Assembly (NCBI GenBank): GCA_951406725.2
Contig: OX597819.1
Location: forward strand, 106,454,001 to 106,518,000
Direction: 5' to 3'
Source: Octopus vulgaris
Lineage: Eukaryota
Length of the DNA: 64,000 nucleotides
The notes below the pieces were generated by a model that saw only the letters and a program-made list of their open reading frames with translations, did not search any database and was not told where the DNA came from. This document shows, piece by piece, positions 37,342 through 50,529 of the stretch; position 1 is the stretch's first letter; every line of letters begins with the position of its first letter. The position numbers were made by a program, and so were the translations under genes.

Positions 37342-38020
37342 ATGTATAAGGATGAAAAGGAACACACGAGTTGATATATATATAAAAAAACAAGTCAGGA
37401 TAGAAAATGCTAAAATAATTTTATAAAGAACATTTCAATACCGGTTTCAGTCATTGAGACATTTTCAACTGTAACAATTAAATAACTAAATTTAGAAAAA
37501 TTAAAAGAAAAGTTTTTTTTAAAAGAATATTTCTATAGTGTTTAAATAGAAGTGGCATTTTCCTTGTTTATGCCTTTCTCTGTCTCTCTTGTTTACTCTT
37601 GTGGGTCCGAGGTCGTTGTGAATTCTTGGTAGGGAAGAAGAAGAAGGAGAAGGAGGAGGAGAAGGGGAGGAAGAAGATGAAGAATTTGGGAGTGCCTTGA
37701 TTGTAGTATTTTGAATGGTCAGTGGAGACTAGCAGTTGCTGTTCAATTCATGAAAATATTTCTATTGAAAGTTTTGTTTACAATATTTGCGTAGGTATTA
37801 TACTAAAATGCATTAGTGATAAAGTTAGGAAGGAGAAGCCCGGAGAGGGGGCACAAGAAGAAGAAGAAGAAGAAGAAGAAGAAGAAGAAGAAGAAGAAGA
37901 AGAAGAAGAAGAAGAAGAATTAGTGAAAGTAGTGAGGTGTTGGATGACTTGAAGTTGGCACGTTATGGATTATAGCAGTGATTGGGGCTGATTTTTAATG
38001 GATTCTTAGGAATGTAATAT
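37342..38020 (-). mobile_element. Penelope-like element 3' relic (GIY-YIG tail plus pLTR with hammerhead-like motif at 37434-37474)
   Basis: QLQVIQHL and RKYCKQNFQ*KYFHELN resemble the PLE endonuclease C-terminus; pLTR shared with 31411-31672; interrupted by (GAA)n. Confidence 0.6.
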
Positions 38021-38023
38021 TTG

Positions 38024-38073
<50 letters not shown>

Positions 38074-38224
38074 GTTTCTATTTTTCCTTTATATTAGATG
38101 AGACTACTTTCCATAACAGACTATACGTTCCAAGAGTGTAATTAAAAACTATGTGTAATACTATTAATAATACTCTTAACAGCAACAGCAGTATTAATAA
38201 TAATGGCTTAACATTTTTTGCACA

Positions 38225-38435
38225 AGGTTCAGAAATTTCAGGACGAGTGAGTAAATTGATTTCATCGATTCCATTATTCCACTGTTCCATATTTTATCGA
38301 CTCTGAAAGGATGAATGGCAGAGTCGACCTCGGCAGAATTAGAACTTAGAACCTAAGGATGGACGAAATGCCGCTCTGTATTTTCCCTGGCGTGCCAACG
38401 ATTCAGCTAGTCCGTAGCCCTGACAAAAAATAATG

Positions 38436-38473
<38 letters not shown>

Positions 38474-38665
38474 CTTCCTTCTATAGGCACAAGACCCGAA
38501 ATATTGGGGAGAAGATATGTCGATCATATCGACCTCAATACGTATTAACACTTATTTCATGACCCCAAAAAGATCAAAGACAAAGTCGACTCAGAACGTA
38601 AGGACGGACGAAATACCGCTAAGCATTTAGCCCGGCGTGCTAAAGATACTGGCAGCACGCGGGCA
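38225..38665 (-). mobile_element. Two older SINE family A copies separated by (TAA)n
   Basis: TTTATCGAC..GAAAGGATGAA.GGCA.AGTCGACCTCGGC and GACGAAATACCGCTAAGCATTT motifs. Confidence 0.75.
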
Positions 38666-38827
38666 TAAGAAATAATAACGAAAGATAGTAATAATACAGA
38701 GTATCTATTAATTTATTTGTGTGATAAATTGGTCATTAAAAGCTACTGTCGTCTGCTGCTTTAAATTGTTCTACTTTTATCACAATAACTGACCACTTAG
38801 TTAAAATAGCAGCACAGCTTTAACTTC

Positions 38828-38948
<121 letters not shown>

Positions 38949-39254
38949 TATTGTTTTGATACACTAATACACAACATAGTGAGTTGCTTCGCTATTGATT
39001 GATATTTACGACCTAAAATAACTCAAGAAAGAAATTATGACTGAATTAAATGTGATGAATTTAATGGAAACAATATCAGAAGTTATAAATATCAATTTGT
39101 GACAGAGAAGACAAAAAGTTCATTGGCTCTAGGATAGCTTATTTTATTGTCTCTGTTGCTAGAATCGGTGTATTAAAGTATATTTCATTAGCAAGCTAAT
39201 GTCTATTTGATTATAAGAGATTCTCTCCCTTTTAGTGGTAGCACTACAAGCAAA

Positions 39255-39465
39255 CTGCAAGCTGGCAGAATCGTTAGGACACCAGGCAAAATGCTTAACG
39301 GTATTGCGTACCGTCTTTATGTACTGGGTTCAAATTCCACCTAGGTCGACTTTGCCATTCATTCACTCAAGATCAATAAAATAAGTACTAGTTGAGCACT
39401 GGGCTCGTTGTAATTAACTTGCACCTCCCCTAAAATTGCTGGCCTTGTGCCAAAACTTGAAATCA
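39255..39465 (+). mobile_element. SINE family A copy
   Basis: GCAAGCTGGCAGAATCGTTAG...GGTTCAAATTCC..GGTCGACTTTGCC. Confidence 0.8.
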
Positions 39466-40863
39466 ATATATATTTGATAAAGACCTCACCTCTCCAAACT
39501 TGAATGATTGAGCATATCAAAATCCCAAGTATTTCAGCAATGATGATGCGGTATTTACCCAAGACAAGATACATCTAAGACGATAAATAACATCCATTTT
39601 CATTTTTAATCCTTTGTCCAGTGACACGATAGGATTTTACTACTTAATTCGTGTATTTAGAAAAAAGAGTATTTGCATTGCAAAGCTTCTTTATAAAATG
39701 CCCTCATTGGGTTTTTATGGTCATGTTTGTTCACTCGATTTTATACATTTCAAAAATGCTATATACGTTGTTGTTGTTACTTAGTAGATTACCTGGTAGA
39801 TTAAATGTATCAATGAAGAACATGTACTTTTAATTTATCAGATTCCTGAATACCGCTTAATTAATTTCAATCACAAGACTTGGCTCGATTCAAGAAAATT
39901 GTTGAATACACTTACACATTGAGGTACGTAACATTGAACCTAAAATCTTATGATTACAAACCGTGCTTCATAACTACATGGTGATGCCGCACACTTATAT
40001 TTATACATGGACATATACAGGAGTAAACATTATTTGAATACACTATTATTAGTTTGTATCATATCTCTGAAAATTTGACAGCTTAGCTTTATTCTGAAAG
40101 TAAAAATGTAAGTATGTTGGGGAAACGAAATGATAAATTGAATTAAAATGGCAACCTTGATTTAAAATAAATGTAAATCTAATTTTTATTTGTCGCTATC
40201 TCACATTTTCCCAATCTTTTCCACTTTGCTTCTCTTTCAATTGCTTCTCGCTTGCTTACTCTGTATCAATTGTATTTTTTCAAGTTTTTCTCTTTCAATT
40301 TCCTGGTTCTTATCTGCATTTTTTTTTTTTACACTAGTCCTCCTCAATTCAACTTCTCCGTCCTCTTTTCCTATTTAAATGTATTCTTTTACAGCAATCA
40401 ATATATTTTCTGGTAAATACACTGAATGATTCCATTAACACACCTTGATTAAGTACTGTGCAGGTTCTTTCGCTGATGATATGATAACAGGACCAAACCA
40501 CATCCTTAGTTATCCCTAGTACTAACCAGAAGAATTAAAATAACACACACCACACACTTACACAGACAAAGACGCACGCACACTAATACATACAATAATC
40601 TTTTTCATAATGCCGTAATAATTTCTTGTTTATTTTTTATACTCATTATATTAAAAATGTTTAGTGCAATTTAGCCATATATATCAGTGTTTCGATCTCT
40701 CTATCAATTTACTTAAGAAAATAAGTATTTATTTTCTTGTTGTTTTCTTAAACAATATACATGAAATGTTTTTACACTAACTTATCTATCTATTTATTTT
40801 CGTGTGTATGGCTTTCTTTGCGTTATATATTCTCAGAACAATAACATTTTTTTCTAATTCCAG

Positions 40864-40926
40864 ATATGAGCACTCCTGTATATTTATTCGATGGTTCACC
40901 CATTACTCCTTCCGAAACTTTTCAGG
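40864..40926 (+). CDS. Candidate symmetric phase-1 exon (xMSTPVYLFDGSPITPSETFQ)
   Basis: Acceptor TTTTTTTCTAATTCCAG; donor AGG|GTAGTG; 63 nt, open. Confidence 0.4.
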
Positions 40927-41345
40927 GTAGTGTATGTTTAATAGATAAGTTTATTATAAGACGGAAACAATTCTGTTTGCTGTACGTACTATTAAACCAT
41001 GGGCTAGTTTGTTTTCCACGTATAATTATTTCTTGTGAATTCAGTTCTCTTTTTATTAAATATGTTGACGACAACCTAATACTTTTTACAAAGTATGCAT
41101 ATATGACGAAGTATGCATTCTACAAAGAAACCAGACAGTCTGTATCATGTCCGAATAAAGGTTTCATAAAATAATATTGTCAGTAATTAGGTATGAATGT
41201 TGTAAAAGATGGCTTAATGGAATCAAATTATTATGATAAAATTCGGCTACAGAGAACAAAGTTGGATTTTACTTTAACTAAAGTCGAATTAAATGGTTTT
41301 AAGTTTTGTTTAGAAGAAAAAAAATCAGGATATGATCTTTACGGC

Positions 41346-41664
41346 TCATCGGGTATAGCAGTTAATTTCATCTAGTTTGCTCAACATCTCACTTTTATTT
41401 GAAAGGTACTGTTGCAATACGTAAGGATAAAGGTAGGAAACTTCGTCAGTTTGTTTAGTCCGATCATCCAACTCTGAGATGGCTTTAGAAGAATCCAATC
41501 CATTGCAACCCCTCAGACTATAAATATAATTTGAAGGTAACACGATATATTGATGCACCGCGTTCTTGTGAATCAATTCATAAGCCGTAGTTTCTACGAG
41601 TATAAACCATTGTTTATGTGCATCCTGTAGACAGCTTAATATTTCAGGAAAAAGAAATCTGTCT
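41346..41664 (-). pseudogene. Open frame weakly resembling Fringe/GT31 glycosyltransferases
   Basis: About 105 stop-free codons: HKQWFILVETTAY...N...YLYPY...YLS...LSKL...C; the DxD motif is absent. Confidence 0.3.
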
Positions 41665-43039
41665 CAAATTTATGATGTTGAAACGTTGTTTTAAAGACAC
41701 CAATAAATTATTTTATGAATTGGATATCTTTCATATTGCTTGTTAAAGTAATTTCCTTAACATCAATGAGTGACATTTACCCTTTATTAATAAATTCATG
41801 CACACCAAGTCAATCAAGCAATAAAGTCATAAACAAAGTTGTAAACACTTAGACAAGCAATCAATAAACTAAAACAATAAAACTGACAGTTTATAACGAT
41901 CGAAATATCCGAAGAAATTTAGAAACAATGAAACGGAAATATAAACAGGATATTATAAAAAATAACATTAAGATAAATAGAGAAGAAAAAGCTAACCATT
42001 GTCATAGAAGTCTCACACAATGAAACAATCTCATAGAAAATATTTAGGAATTAAAACACAAAATGACATTAATTAATAATGAAAGAAATCACTGATTTGT
42101 CACGTAAAAACATATCAATGAGAATCCCCAATCTCAGACAGAAGAGGAAAGTAGATCCGCTGTCTAGGTTAGAACCATGAATCTACTGTGCAGCCGATCG
42201 AACGATATGAAAGTTTAGTAGTAAAATCTGTGTTTGACTTTGCAATATTATATGTAAAATGTCACTTGCTTTTAAATTTTATTGCGTTTATATATCCACT
42301 TAATATTTAAAGCTAACGGAGCTGCATTCAGCATATGCATTTAGTAATGCAAATATGAAATCTAGGTGAGACGTATTGCTATATTGGATAAGTATATGTT
42401 ATAACATTCATGTATTAGTTTAAACCATCCGGCTATGCTAACTCACAAGACAGGTACAATTTTAAAAAAAGGAAAATTAAATTAAAATACCAAGAGAGAA
42501 ACGGGTTTCAAATGCATAATATGAGATATACGATTGGAAAGTTTTCTGTTATAGGTAACACGGGCACTTTGACAGTTACAAATACTAGATTTCCCCTCGT
42601 TGGTGCAGTATATATATAAATTTTTGTCTGTAATAAGTTCTTACAAAGTTTATATAACATTTTATATTATAAGTATTAGTTGTTCATACGTAATTTCATT
42701 CATAAAGATCAAACCGAAGTGAAATGCATTGATGAGCTGGACATCAGTTATTTAAAAATGCACATTAAAAAAAAACTAACGAAGGCGGGTGAGAGAAGCG
42801 TTGTAAGAATTTCAGACCTGGTGTTTTACAGTATTTGTTGCGGTTCTAGGCGTTATCAGTTCAAATCATGTTGTGGTCAACTTGGCTGGTAGATTTACCC
42901 TGCCAATCTATTTAACACAATCACTTAGCACATTAAGTGTCTTAGCGGTTTCGCCTCTATTGCTAGCATTCAGGCCAGGTCTTCAGTTTGTGGATACCAT
43001 TTTCCCTTTACCTACAAGACTCAGTGGCCATGGTCACTG

Positions 43040-44062
43040 CCTACTACTATAAATATAAAAGCAAAAAATGTATTATGCCTCATAACAAAACTAACTTCAT
43101 TCTTGTGCTAACCCCTACATAAAATAATTTAACAATCCAACCTAACCCAACCCGACCCAACCCAACCCAACCCAACCCAATCCTGGTCGCAATAGCGTTG
43201 CCTGTTGTGCCGTGGTGTTGGACAATCACCCCAATGGCGCCCAGGTCGAGATCTGGTCGCCATAGCGTTGCCTGTTGCGCCGTGGTCGTGGACAGTCACC
43301 CCAATGCCGCCTAGATCTGCACTCCTACATAGTCTGCTCGACTCCCCTACATAGTCTGCTCGCCTCCCGTACATTGCTCGGTTCCCGTGCACAGTCTGCT
43401 CGTCTCCCGTACATAGTCTGATCGGCTCTCTTACATAGTCTGCTCGACTCCCTTACATAGTCTGATCGGCTCCCGTACATAATCTCTTCGGCTCCCGTAC
43501 ATAGTCTGCTCGGCTCCCTTACATGGTCTGCTCGGCTCCCTTACATAGTCTGCTCGGCTCCCTTACATAGTCTGCTCGGCTCCCTTACATGATCCGCTCG
43601 GCTCCCGTACGCTGTCTGCACGGCTCCCGTATATTGTCTGTTGAGGGGAGGTAAAAGAGAAGGAGAGGCTGTGAATGAAGCGTGCAGTTTTTTTTAACTA
43701 AGATTTTTTTCTACGTTACTCAGCCAGTCAGTGACGCTTTCACGTGATTAGTTGTAGGGAAATGCGCAGATCGAAATAAAAAGGAAGGAGAAAAAGAGGG
43801 TAAAGCGAAGAGTGAGAGAGAAAGAGGATAAGTTTGGGGTATTAACTCAATAAAATTTCGCCTAAAGTATATGAATTGTATATATAGTGTATTAAATAAA
43901 CATCGTATTCCAATTTCCTTCACTTTTCAGTGATTAGCAGATGAGGACTGTCTCCTGACACAGACAGAACACAGGCTACGCTTTCAGATTTTGGATAACG
44001 TTTTCAGAAATAACCCAATAAGTTTACCATAAATTCCATGAAATATTCACGGGTCTCGCTAG
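43040..44062 (+). mobile_element. Non-autonomous Helitron carrying (CCCAA)n, a 70-bp tandem module and a 22-bp minisatellite
   Basis: 5' CTACTACTATAAATATAAAAG; 3' CCATGAAATATTCACGG hairpin plus CTAG|T. Confidence 0.65.
43325..43640. repeat. 22-bp minisatellite TACATAGTCTGCTCGGCTCCC(T/G), about 14 copies
   Basis: Directly visible; no spacers. Confidence 0.92.
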
Positions 44063-44295
44063 TCATGTATAATCTAGCTGTTGTAGAATAATATAACGAA
44101 GTTAAGGCCAACGTCTGTGAGATGAAATCTCGGTTTGCTTACTTGCATATTTTACATAAAACTTCGTACTTTTCTTCTCGGGTTTCCCCCACGTTTTCTC
44201 ATAGACCAACATCCTGGTTTTCAAACAGTTCTGTGTGCACTGAACCTGGAAGACTGCTTGGAGGAACATGGCATGTTATATCAATCTCCCTAATT

Positions 44296-45091
44296 GCATC
44301 TTTTCCTTTTGAACGGCACGTTGTAACATAATTTCTAGGTAACTAAAAAGTTTTAAACTTCGTATATTGGTAGAATGTGTTTATAAAACATCATTTTCTC
44401 TTGGTTTTATTGAGAAAATTCTAGTTTGTAAGATATTTCGTCTGAAATTTCGAACATTTCGGCAATTTTAACCAATCAATTGCCTCCATTGAGCTAAAAT
44501 CATTTACTGCGTCTAAAACTGAGACAACATCCTGTCACTAACCCTCAACCTAACCCTAACCCTAATTTTTTTTTCTTAATTGTTAAATTAATTTAATTTT
44601 TACGCGAGAAAAAAAAAACGAAAGCAATGTAAAATAATTTAAACAATTAACAAACAAAATAATTCTATAATTTTATACACACGCTTTCCGTACGTATACG
44701 GAAAGCGTGTGTTACGGAAAGCGTGTGTATAAAATTATAGAATTATTTTGTTTGTTAATTGTTTAAATTATTTTACATTGCTTTCAGTTTTTTTACACGC
44801 GTAACAATTAAATTAATTCAACAATTAAGAAAAAAATTAGGGTTAGGGTTAGGTTGAGGGTTAGTGATAGGATGTTGTCTCAGTTTTAGACGCAGCAAAT
44901 GATTTTAGCTCAAAAGAGAGCATAGGATTGGTTAAAATTCGAAAAATTAAACTACGTTAAACAAACAAATTACAATTTTCTCAAGAAAGCCAAGAGAAAA
45001 AATATTTTATTTTGACACTTTCTACCAGTATACGAAATTTTAAAGTGTTTAGTTAACTAGAAATTGTGTGCCGTCCAAAAGGAAAAGATCC
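44296..45091. mobile_element. Foldback/palindromic non-autonomous DNA transposon (Merlin-like termini) with 8-bp TSD
   Basis: G(G/C)ATCTTTTCCTTTTG.ACGGCAC termini; TSD CCCTAATT on both sides; the arms span the whole element and contain TAACCC/GGGTTA repeats. Confidence 0.9.
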
Positions 45092-45198
45092 CCCTAATTA
45101 TTTTATATCCACTGCACGAAACTATTAGTTACACTTTTTAAAATTCTCTGCATATTCATCCTTCACTGGACATATATGTATATGTATATATATGTATG

Positions 45199-45232
<34 letters not shown>

Positions 45233-46139
45233 TGTATGTATGTATGAATGTGCGTGCGTGTACATGATTTCTTCTATATGAAACATGGAGGGAGTGTTTA
45301 TGAGTTTGTACAGTAAATTGATCTGTATGAAATAGTAACCATATCTTCCTCAAATGACACTCTACTGTCTCAAAATAGCAAGGTTTGTGGAATGATTTAT
45401 CTCTGTTTGCATAATATATAAAGAAAAGCAACAACTTATATAGGTATGAGCATATGCCCTCGCTTACATGGTAGGTCACTATATTAGAGATGGGCACCGA
45501 ATCTCCCTTAAAATCACAACATACCGTGTAAAATGGAACATGTAGCCCTATATAAGTACAACATCTTTATTAGCATAGAATGAACGCTTTGCGGTGATAT
45601 CTATCATAATCAGGGTAGATCTGAGTTTTTAAAATAAAATATTCTTTTTAGTTTCTTTCTCTCTCAAACTCAATCTTTCGATCTCTGCTACAGTAATTTC
45701 CTTGGAGACTATAGCATGCATGATATTACTAATAGTATTGTCTTCAGACGAACAGTCATTGCTTTTTTTCTAATTATTACATTTATGCATAAATTATATT
45801 TTATCCTGAATGCTACCAATTGATTTATTATTCTCCAGAGTAGTTGTATATTTTCATTTTATTTTATTTTTAATACAAAATTTTCCTTTCCATCTTAGTT
45901 TCAACCAATGTTCTTCTCAAGTGATAATCAAGTAAAATGATATCGTTCTCTTATGTATTCTAAATGTAAAGTTCTGGGAGAAAATGATTGCTTTGGATAT
46001 CATCCAATCTAATTGTCATAACAGTCTGTGATGTATCAGATTTATTTCCCTCAATTATTAGTTATTGTTTCATTCATTAAGCGGTAACAGATGATATACT
46101 GATATTTACATTTGCATAAAACCAACAATATTTTGTCTA

Positions 46140-46345
46140 CTACAGGCACCTGATATTTGGGGTGGGGTGGGGTATAGTGTAAGTCGATTTCATCGACACC
46201 AGTCCTCGTCTGCCACTTATTTCATCTACAACGAAAAGTTGAAAGGCAAAGTCAGTTTCGGCAGCATTTGAACTCAGAAAGAAGGTCGGACGAAATGCCA
46301 CTGGACATGTCCAGCGTGCTAATCATTCTGTTAACTCATCACCTT
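46140..46345 (-). mobile_element. Old SINE family A copy
   Basis: AAGTCGATT.CATCGAC.CCAGT...GAAAGGCAAAGTC...ATTTGAACTCAGAA. Confidence 0.7.
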
Positions 46346-46619
46346 ACATATAGCAAATAATGTATCAGCGAATACAGTATAAACTATATATGGCCCTTAC
46401 TATTTAACTTGAAGGATGAAAAGTAAAAGTGTCATTGTCGCAATTTGAACTTAGAATGTAAAGAGTTTGAAATATGTCTTAAGTAGTAAATATTTGTAAC
46501 AGAAGCACAGCATTTTGCCTTTGGTAGTTGACATGCCTTTGTAAATTTCGACTTTTAAAATTCTTCGAAATCTTCATTCTGAATGTTTCGAAATCAAGAA
46601 TGTTTCGGAAAAAATTACA

Positions 46620-46990
46620 AGATCGCTATTGATGTTGTTGTTTCTACCAAGCAAAGTCGACCTCTCCGGCAATTGAAAATAGAATGTAACGGATCGCATA
46701 TAAATACAGTGGTTTTGATATCGGCTATAGTCATAAATCTTTGCACATTCCGTAACAGATAGCAACCCGCAAATACTTGTCTTTTGAAAGGAAATCGCAA
46801 AATTCTGATATACAAATGGAATGAAGAATGACTGAATAGTCTGTGCCATATTTTTCGCAAATTACTTCATATATCTATGTAGTTATTAGCAGACTTCGCC
46901 CTCTCATACTTGATTCATTAAAATATTCAGGATGTAGGAGATGCAGAGACAGACTATTCCATTACTGGGCTGGTACTGTTTTCCTCCATA
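46620..46990 (-). pseudogene. Possible decayed kringle + PAN coding relic
   Basis: Across frameshifts: GKQ.QP/WNSLS.H..HPEYFNESSM/SANNY...EFCD (kringle-like), then SVTECAKI...FI(C)RSVTFY (PAN-like). Confidence 0.35.
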
Positions 46991-47409
46991 TATATGGTAC
47001 ATATATATATAGAGAGGTACATTTAGATTCGGTACATAAGGTACATTTAAATTCGGTGGGTGGTGGAGTTTTGAACGGACATTGCAGAGAAGCGCAACAA
47101 ATATAATAATGCCATTTGTCCTGATGTTCTCACGGCTATGTCAGTTGAGTGTTTGGAAATCTGGAACAATAACGTAAAAGAATGCGAGTAAATATTAGTA
47201 GGTATTTGTTTGTTGTTCTGTTTGTTCTGTTCATCGATATTACTTTTCTTTATGGTTGTTATGCGGGAAGTGACAACAGTCCCTTATACCAAACTTAGTA
47301 ATTTTCTAGCACTTATACAAAGCAGCGAGCGAGCTTAAGTGTAATTACTCGACGTGCAAAAAAGCAACCATTAGATTCACATAAAAGGCATATTTCTATT
47401 TCAGGGAAG

Positions 47410-47575
47410 TATACATTAGATCAACTCCAGTGCTTGAGTGGTACCTATTTTGCCAACGGCGAAAGGTTGAGAGAAACAAATCGACCGCGGCGGAATTTGA
47501 ACTCAGAACGTATAACGAACGAAAAGCTACTACTCATTTTGTCCGATGCTTTAACGATTCGGCAAGTTCAAGCCT
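47410..47575 (-). mobile_element. Old SINE family A copy
   Basis: TCGACCGCGGCGGAATTTGAACTCAGAACGT. Confidence 0.7.
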
Positions 47576-49794
47576 TAATCACATTTATATTAATGACACT
47601 TAGTTTAACGGACGTAAGAAAGTTTTAGTTACTGTTTATCTTTGTTCCCCAATGAGGATTGTTTTAACGAGTCTAATGCACCTAATGGACAGATGTTGGT
47701 GTTCAAGTGAGTAAAGAATAAATTTTACTATAAAATATCTACCTGATGTTCTTCCAGCTTGTTCTGTCTCGATAACTTCATTCATAAACATAAAGCTTAG
47801 ACGGCACTGAATGTAAAGATGGTGGAATAAAGTACACTACAGTCAGCCGTCACTCAATCTCAGGTGTGCCTCCATGATATGTTTCCTACTTTTGGTAATG
47901 TTTATACGTGCCAATGTAGTCAAAAACTGTCAGATATAACCTACTGAGCATGCAATTTTGTCTCAGCAGGACATTAATATTCAAGTGTGCTGACAAGAGA
48001 ATCGTGAAATGAAATTACTTGCTCAAGGACGCAATGCCCTACCCAATCCAGCATTTGAACCTGCTGCCATATAAAACTTCCTAACATACAAAGAAAGTCT
48101 TGAATACATGTATTTTGGTTGGGTATATTATAGTAAGTTTGTTTTCTGGGTTCCCATTCCTCAGTTTTGAGATTGCAAATATCGAACGCCGCTCCTATAA
48201 GGTGTTCTAAAGGCTAGGATTTGAATTGGCCACTGAACAATTATTGCAAATTATATATTTTGTAAATCCAGTTTCGCTCTATAACTTTAATATGTATTTA
48301 TGTCGTGAATATAGTTTCGTATTGTTGATAAAATGACAAATCTCTTCGCTCTTAGTTTTGAGCAAATTGACGTTGAATTAATTACTGCAAACAATCAAAA
48401 GTTTATGCTCCGTGGTAGTTCAAACTATTAAAAATAGCATCTATGTCTCGCCCAATCACACCATGATGGCTTATAAACTGTGCATATTGGATAATACTGT
48501 TCTGGGTTTACTGAAAGTGATGAAAATACTGGAGAGATAGAGCTATATTTTTCCATTCATCCAATGTCTGGTCTTAATCTGCCTACTTTGTGGCTAATGA
48601 ACTCCAGCGACACAAACATAACATCTTTGAATTTGGAGTAAATACGACGTAAACTAATTAGGTTTGGCTTTTGGTGAGATCAGGCAACAATGTTATTACT
48701 GCTATTCATCAATAGACTAAAATTTAGATGAAGTAAACAATTTTTTTCATTTTCAAAGTGTAGAATACTTTTTTCGTAAATACAGCCTTTCAAAATTTGC
48801 AAATTCGATCATTCATTAAAGACAGAATGTAATTGTATAAAATTAAAAGCTGATGTTTTATTCTATTCTTGTGAATATATTTTACGAAGTTTTCGAAACA
48901 GAAATGCTACCTAATCTATGTAAACAATATTTTCGTTGGTCTTTGCTTTTTTTTTCTTTTGGAATATGAAGGGCGATATGGGTTAAGCAGAATGTTGTTT
49001 CAATCAACTCAATATTATATACTTGAAACAAAAAGCAAAGATTCAGTATATTGAATATTCATTTATTTTATGAATTTCTTTTGTAATACTCTTCGATAAA
49101 TTAACTTTGTGGAACACCTTCGCTTAATTAACTGGTAGTGATTAGAATTCTACCAAAGTACACAGCTAATGATTTCAATTAATTTTAAGACTAATATGGC
49201 GCGATTTCGTAGTAATTTTTTTTTATTTATTGGCATTTTAAGCTGGTATTCAAACATAATTTAACAGAAGCAGTCTTACATAACACTCAGTTGTAGAGTC
49301 GAATTTAAACAACGAACTCATTATAACGAATATTTTTGTGTAAAAACCCGAAAGCTTATATTAGGTGGGATGACATCAACAGGTATACCACTTTAGTTAT
49401 CGACGGTCCATAATATCAACCACATGTAGATACTAATCGCTAAAGCGTGTTCGAAACATCATGTGATACTTATTTCTGCTTCGCTGTTCAGTAAATCCAA
49501 AATGTCTTACATAACATTGCCAGGTTTTAAACGTTGGAAGTGAAACGTTGTAGGCAGAACATATGTAGTTGATTATCGACTAAACTATGTTTCTATATCT
49601 GTTTCCTTTACCATCTACGTTGGCCCCACAACTCTGCCCTCGGGTGCCTTAAGCCTTTATTGCAAATATCTTGACCAGTCACCTGTCTAAGATTAAATAA
49701 CTTTCCTTGTGTGTTTGTTTTTCGTGCAATATGCTAGGAGATATGGTTTTTTTCATCTTTTGTCCTTGACTAACAAATAATGATGATAATAAAA

Positions 49795-50008
49795 AGGATC
49801 TCAAAATTTCGCACACGGCCAGAAATTTCGGCGCAGGGTAAGTTGATTACATCGACTCCAGTCCTTAACTTTTACTTAATTTATCGACACAAAAAGAATG
49901 AAATGCATAGCCGAACAAGGCGGAATTTAAACTCAGAATGTAAAGACTGACAGAATGCCGCTAAGCATTTCGTCCGGCGTGCTAAATATTCTACGAGATC
50001 GCCGCCTT
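49795..50008 (-). mobile_element. SINE family A copy
   Basis: GATTACATCGACTCCAGT...GGCGGAATTTAAACTCAGAA...CCGCTAAGCATTTCG.CCGGCGTGCTAA...TCGCCGCC. Confidence 0.82.
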
Positions 50009-50049
50009 AATAATAATAATAATGATGATAATAATAATAATGATGATGA

Positions 50050-50505
50050 TGATTCAGTGCGACCATGAGCTAGAGAATAGGAAACCAAATATAGTATTTA
50101 TTGAGAAAGAAAGGAAACGGTGCTAGTTCATAGTTATACCATGCCAGCTGACAACAAGGTATGCGATAAGGAAGAAAGAAAAGTCGACATATATAACAGC
50201 ATAGCTTGGGAGGTTAAGCAGTTGTGATCGATGAAAAACGTAATAATAGTACCAATAATTGTCGGAGCCCTGGAAACAGTGAGTAAAAATCGTACGAAGT
50301 ACATGGAACAAATAGGAGTTGCAGAAAAGAACACTGCTTGGAACCGCTCGAATACGCTGGTTAGCGCTCGAAAAATATGGTGTGTTACCTTAGTTCACTG
50401 TTAGTGAACAGCTGACTCCGTAGTACATCTCCAGCATTAGAATCTGTGCAAAGACAATAAAAGACAATGATAGTAAAATAATAATAATGATATTAATAAT
50501 ATTAA
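50050..50505 (+). mobile_element. RLE-type (Dong/R4-like) LINE 3' end within (TAA)n
   Basis: CDHELENRKPNIV; PADNKVCDKEERKVDIY..IAWEVKQL*..IVPIIVGALETVSK; TAA-type repeats on both sides. Confidence 0.85.
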
Positions 50506-50529
50506 AAGTATAAATTAGTCACTAATTTT

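Noticed and set aside
43325-43640. CRISPR-like periodicity
   Set aside because: Units are contiguous with no unique spacers, there are no cas genes, and the context is eukaryotic.
44540-44565. TTAGGG-type repeats as a telomere or fusion site
   Set aside because: Only 3-4 imperfect units, internal to a TSD-flanked transposon.
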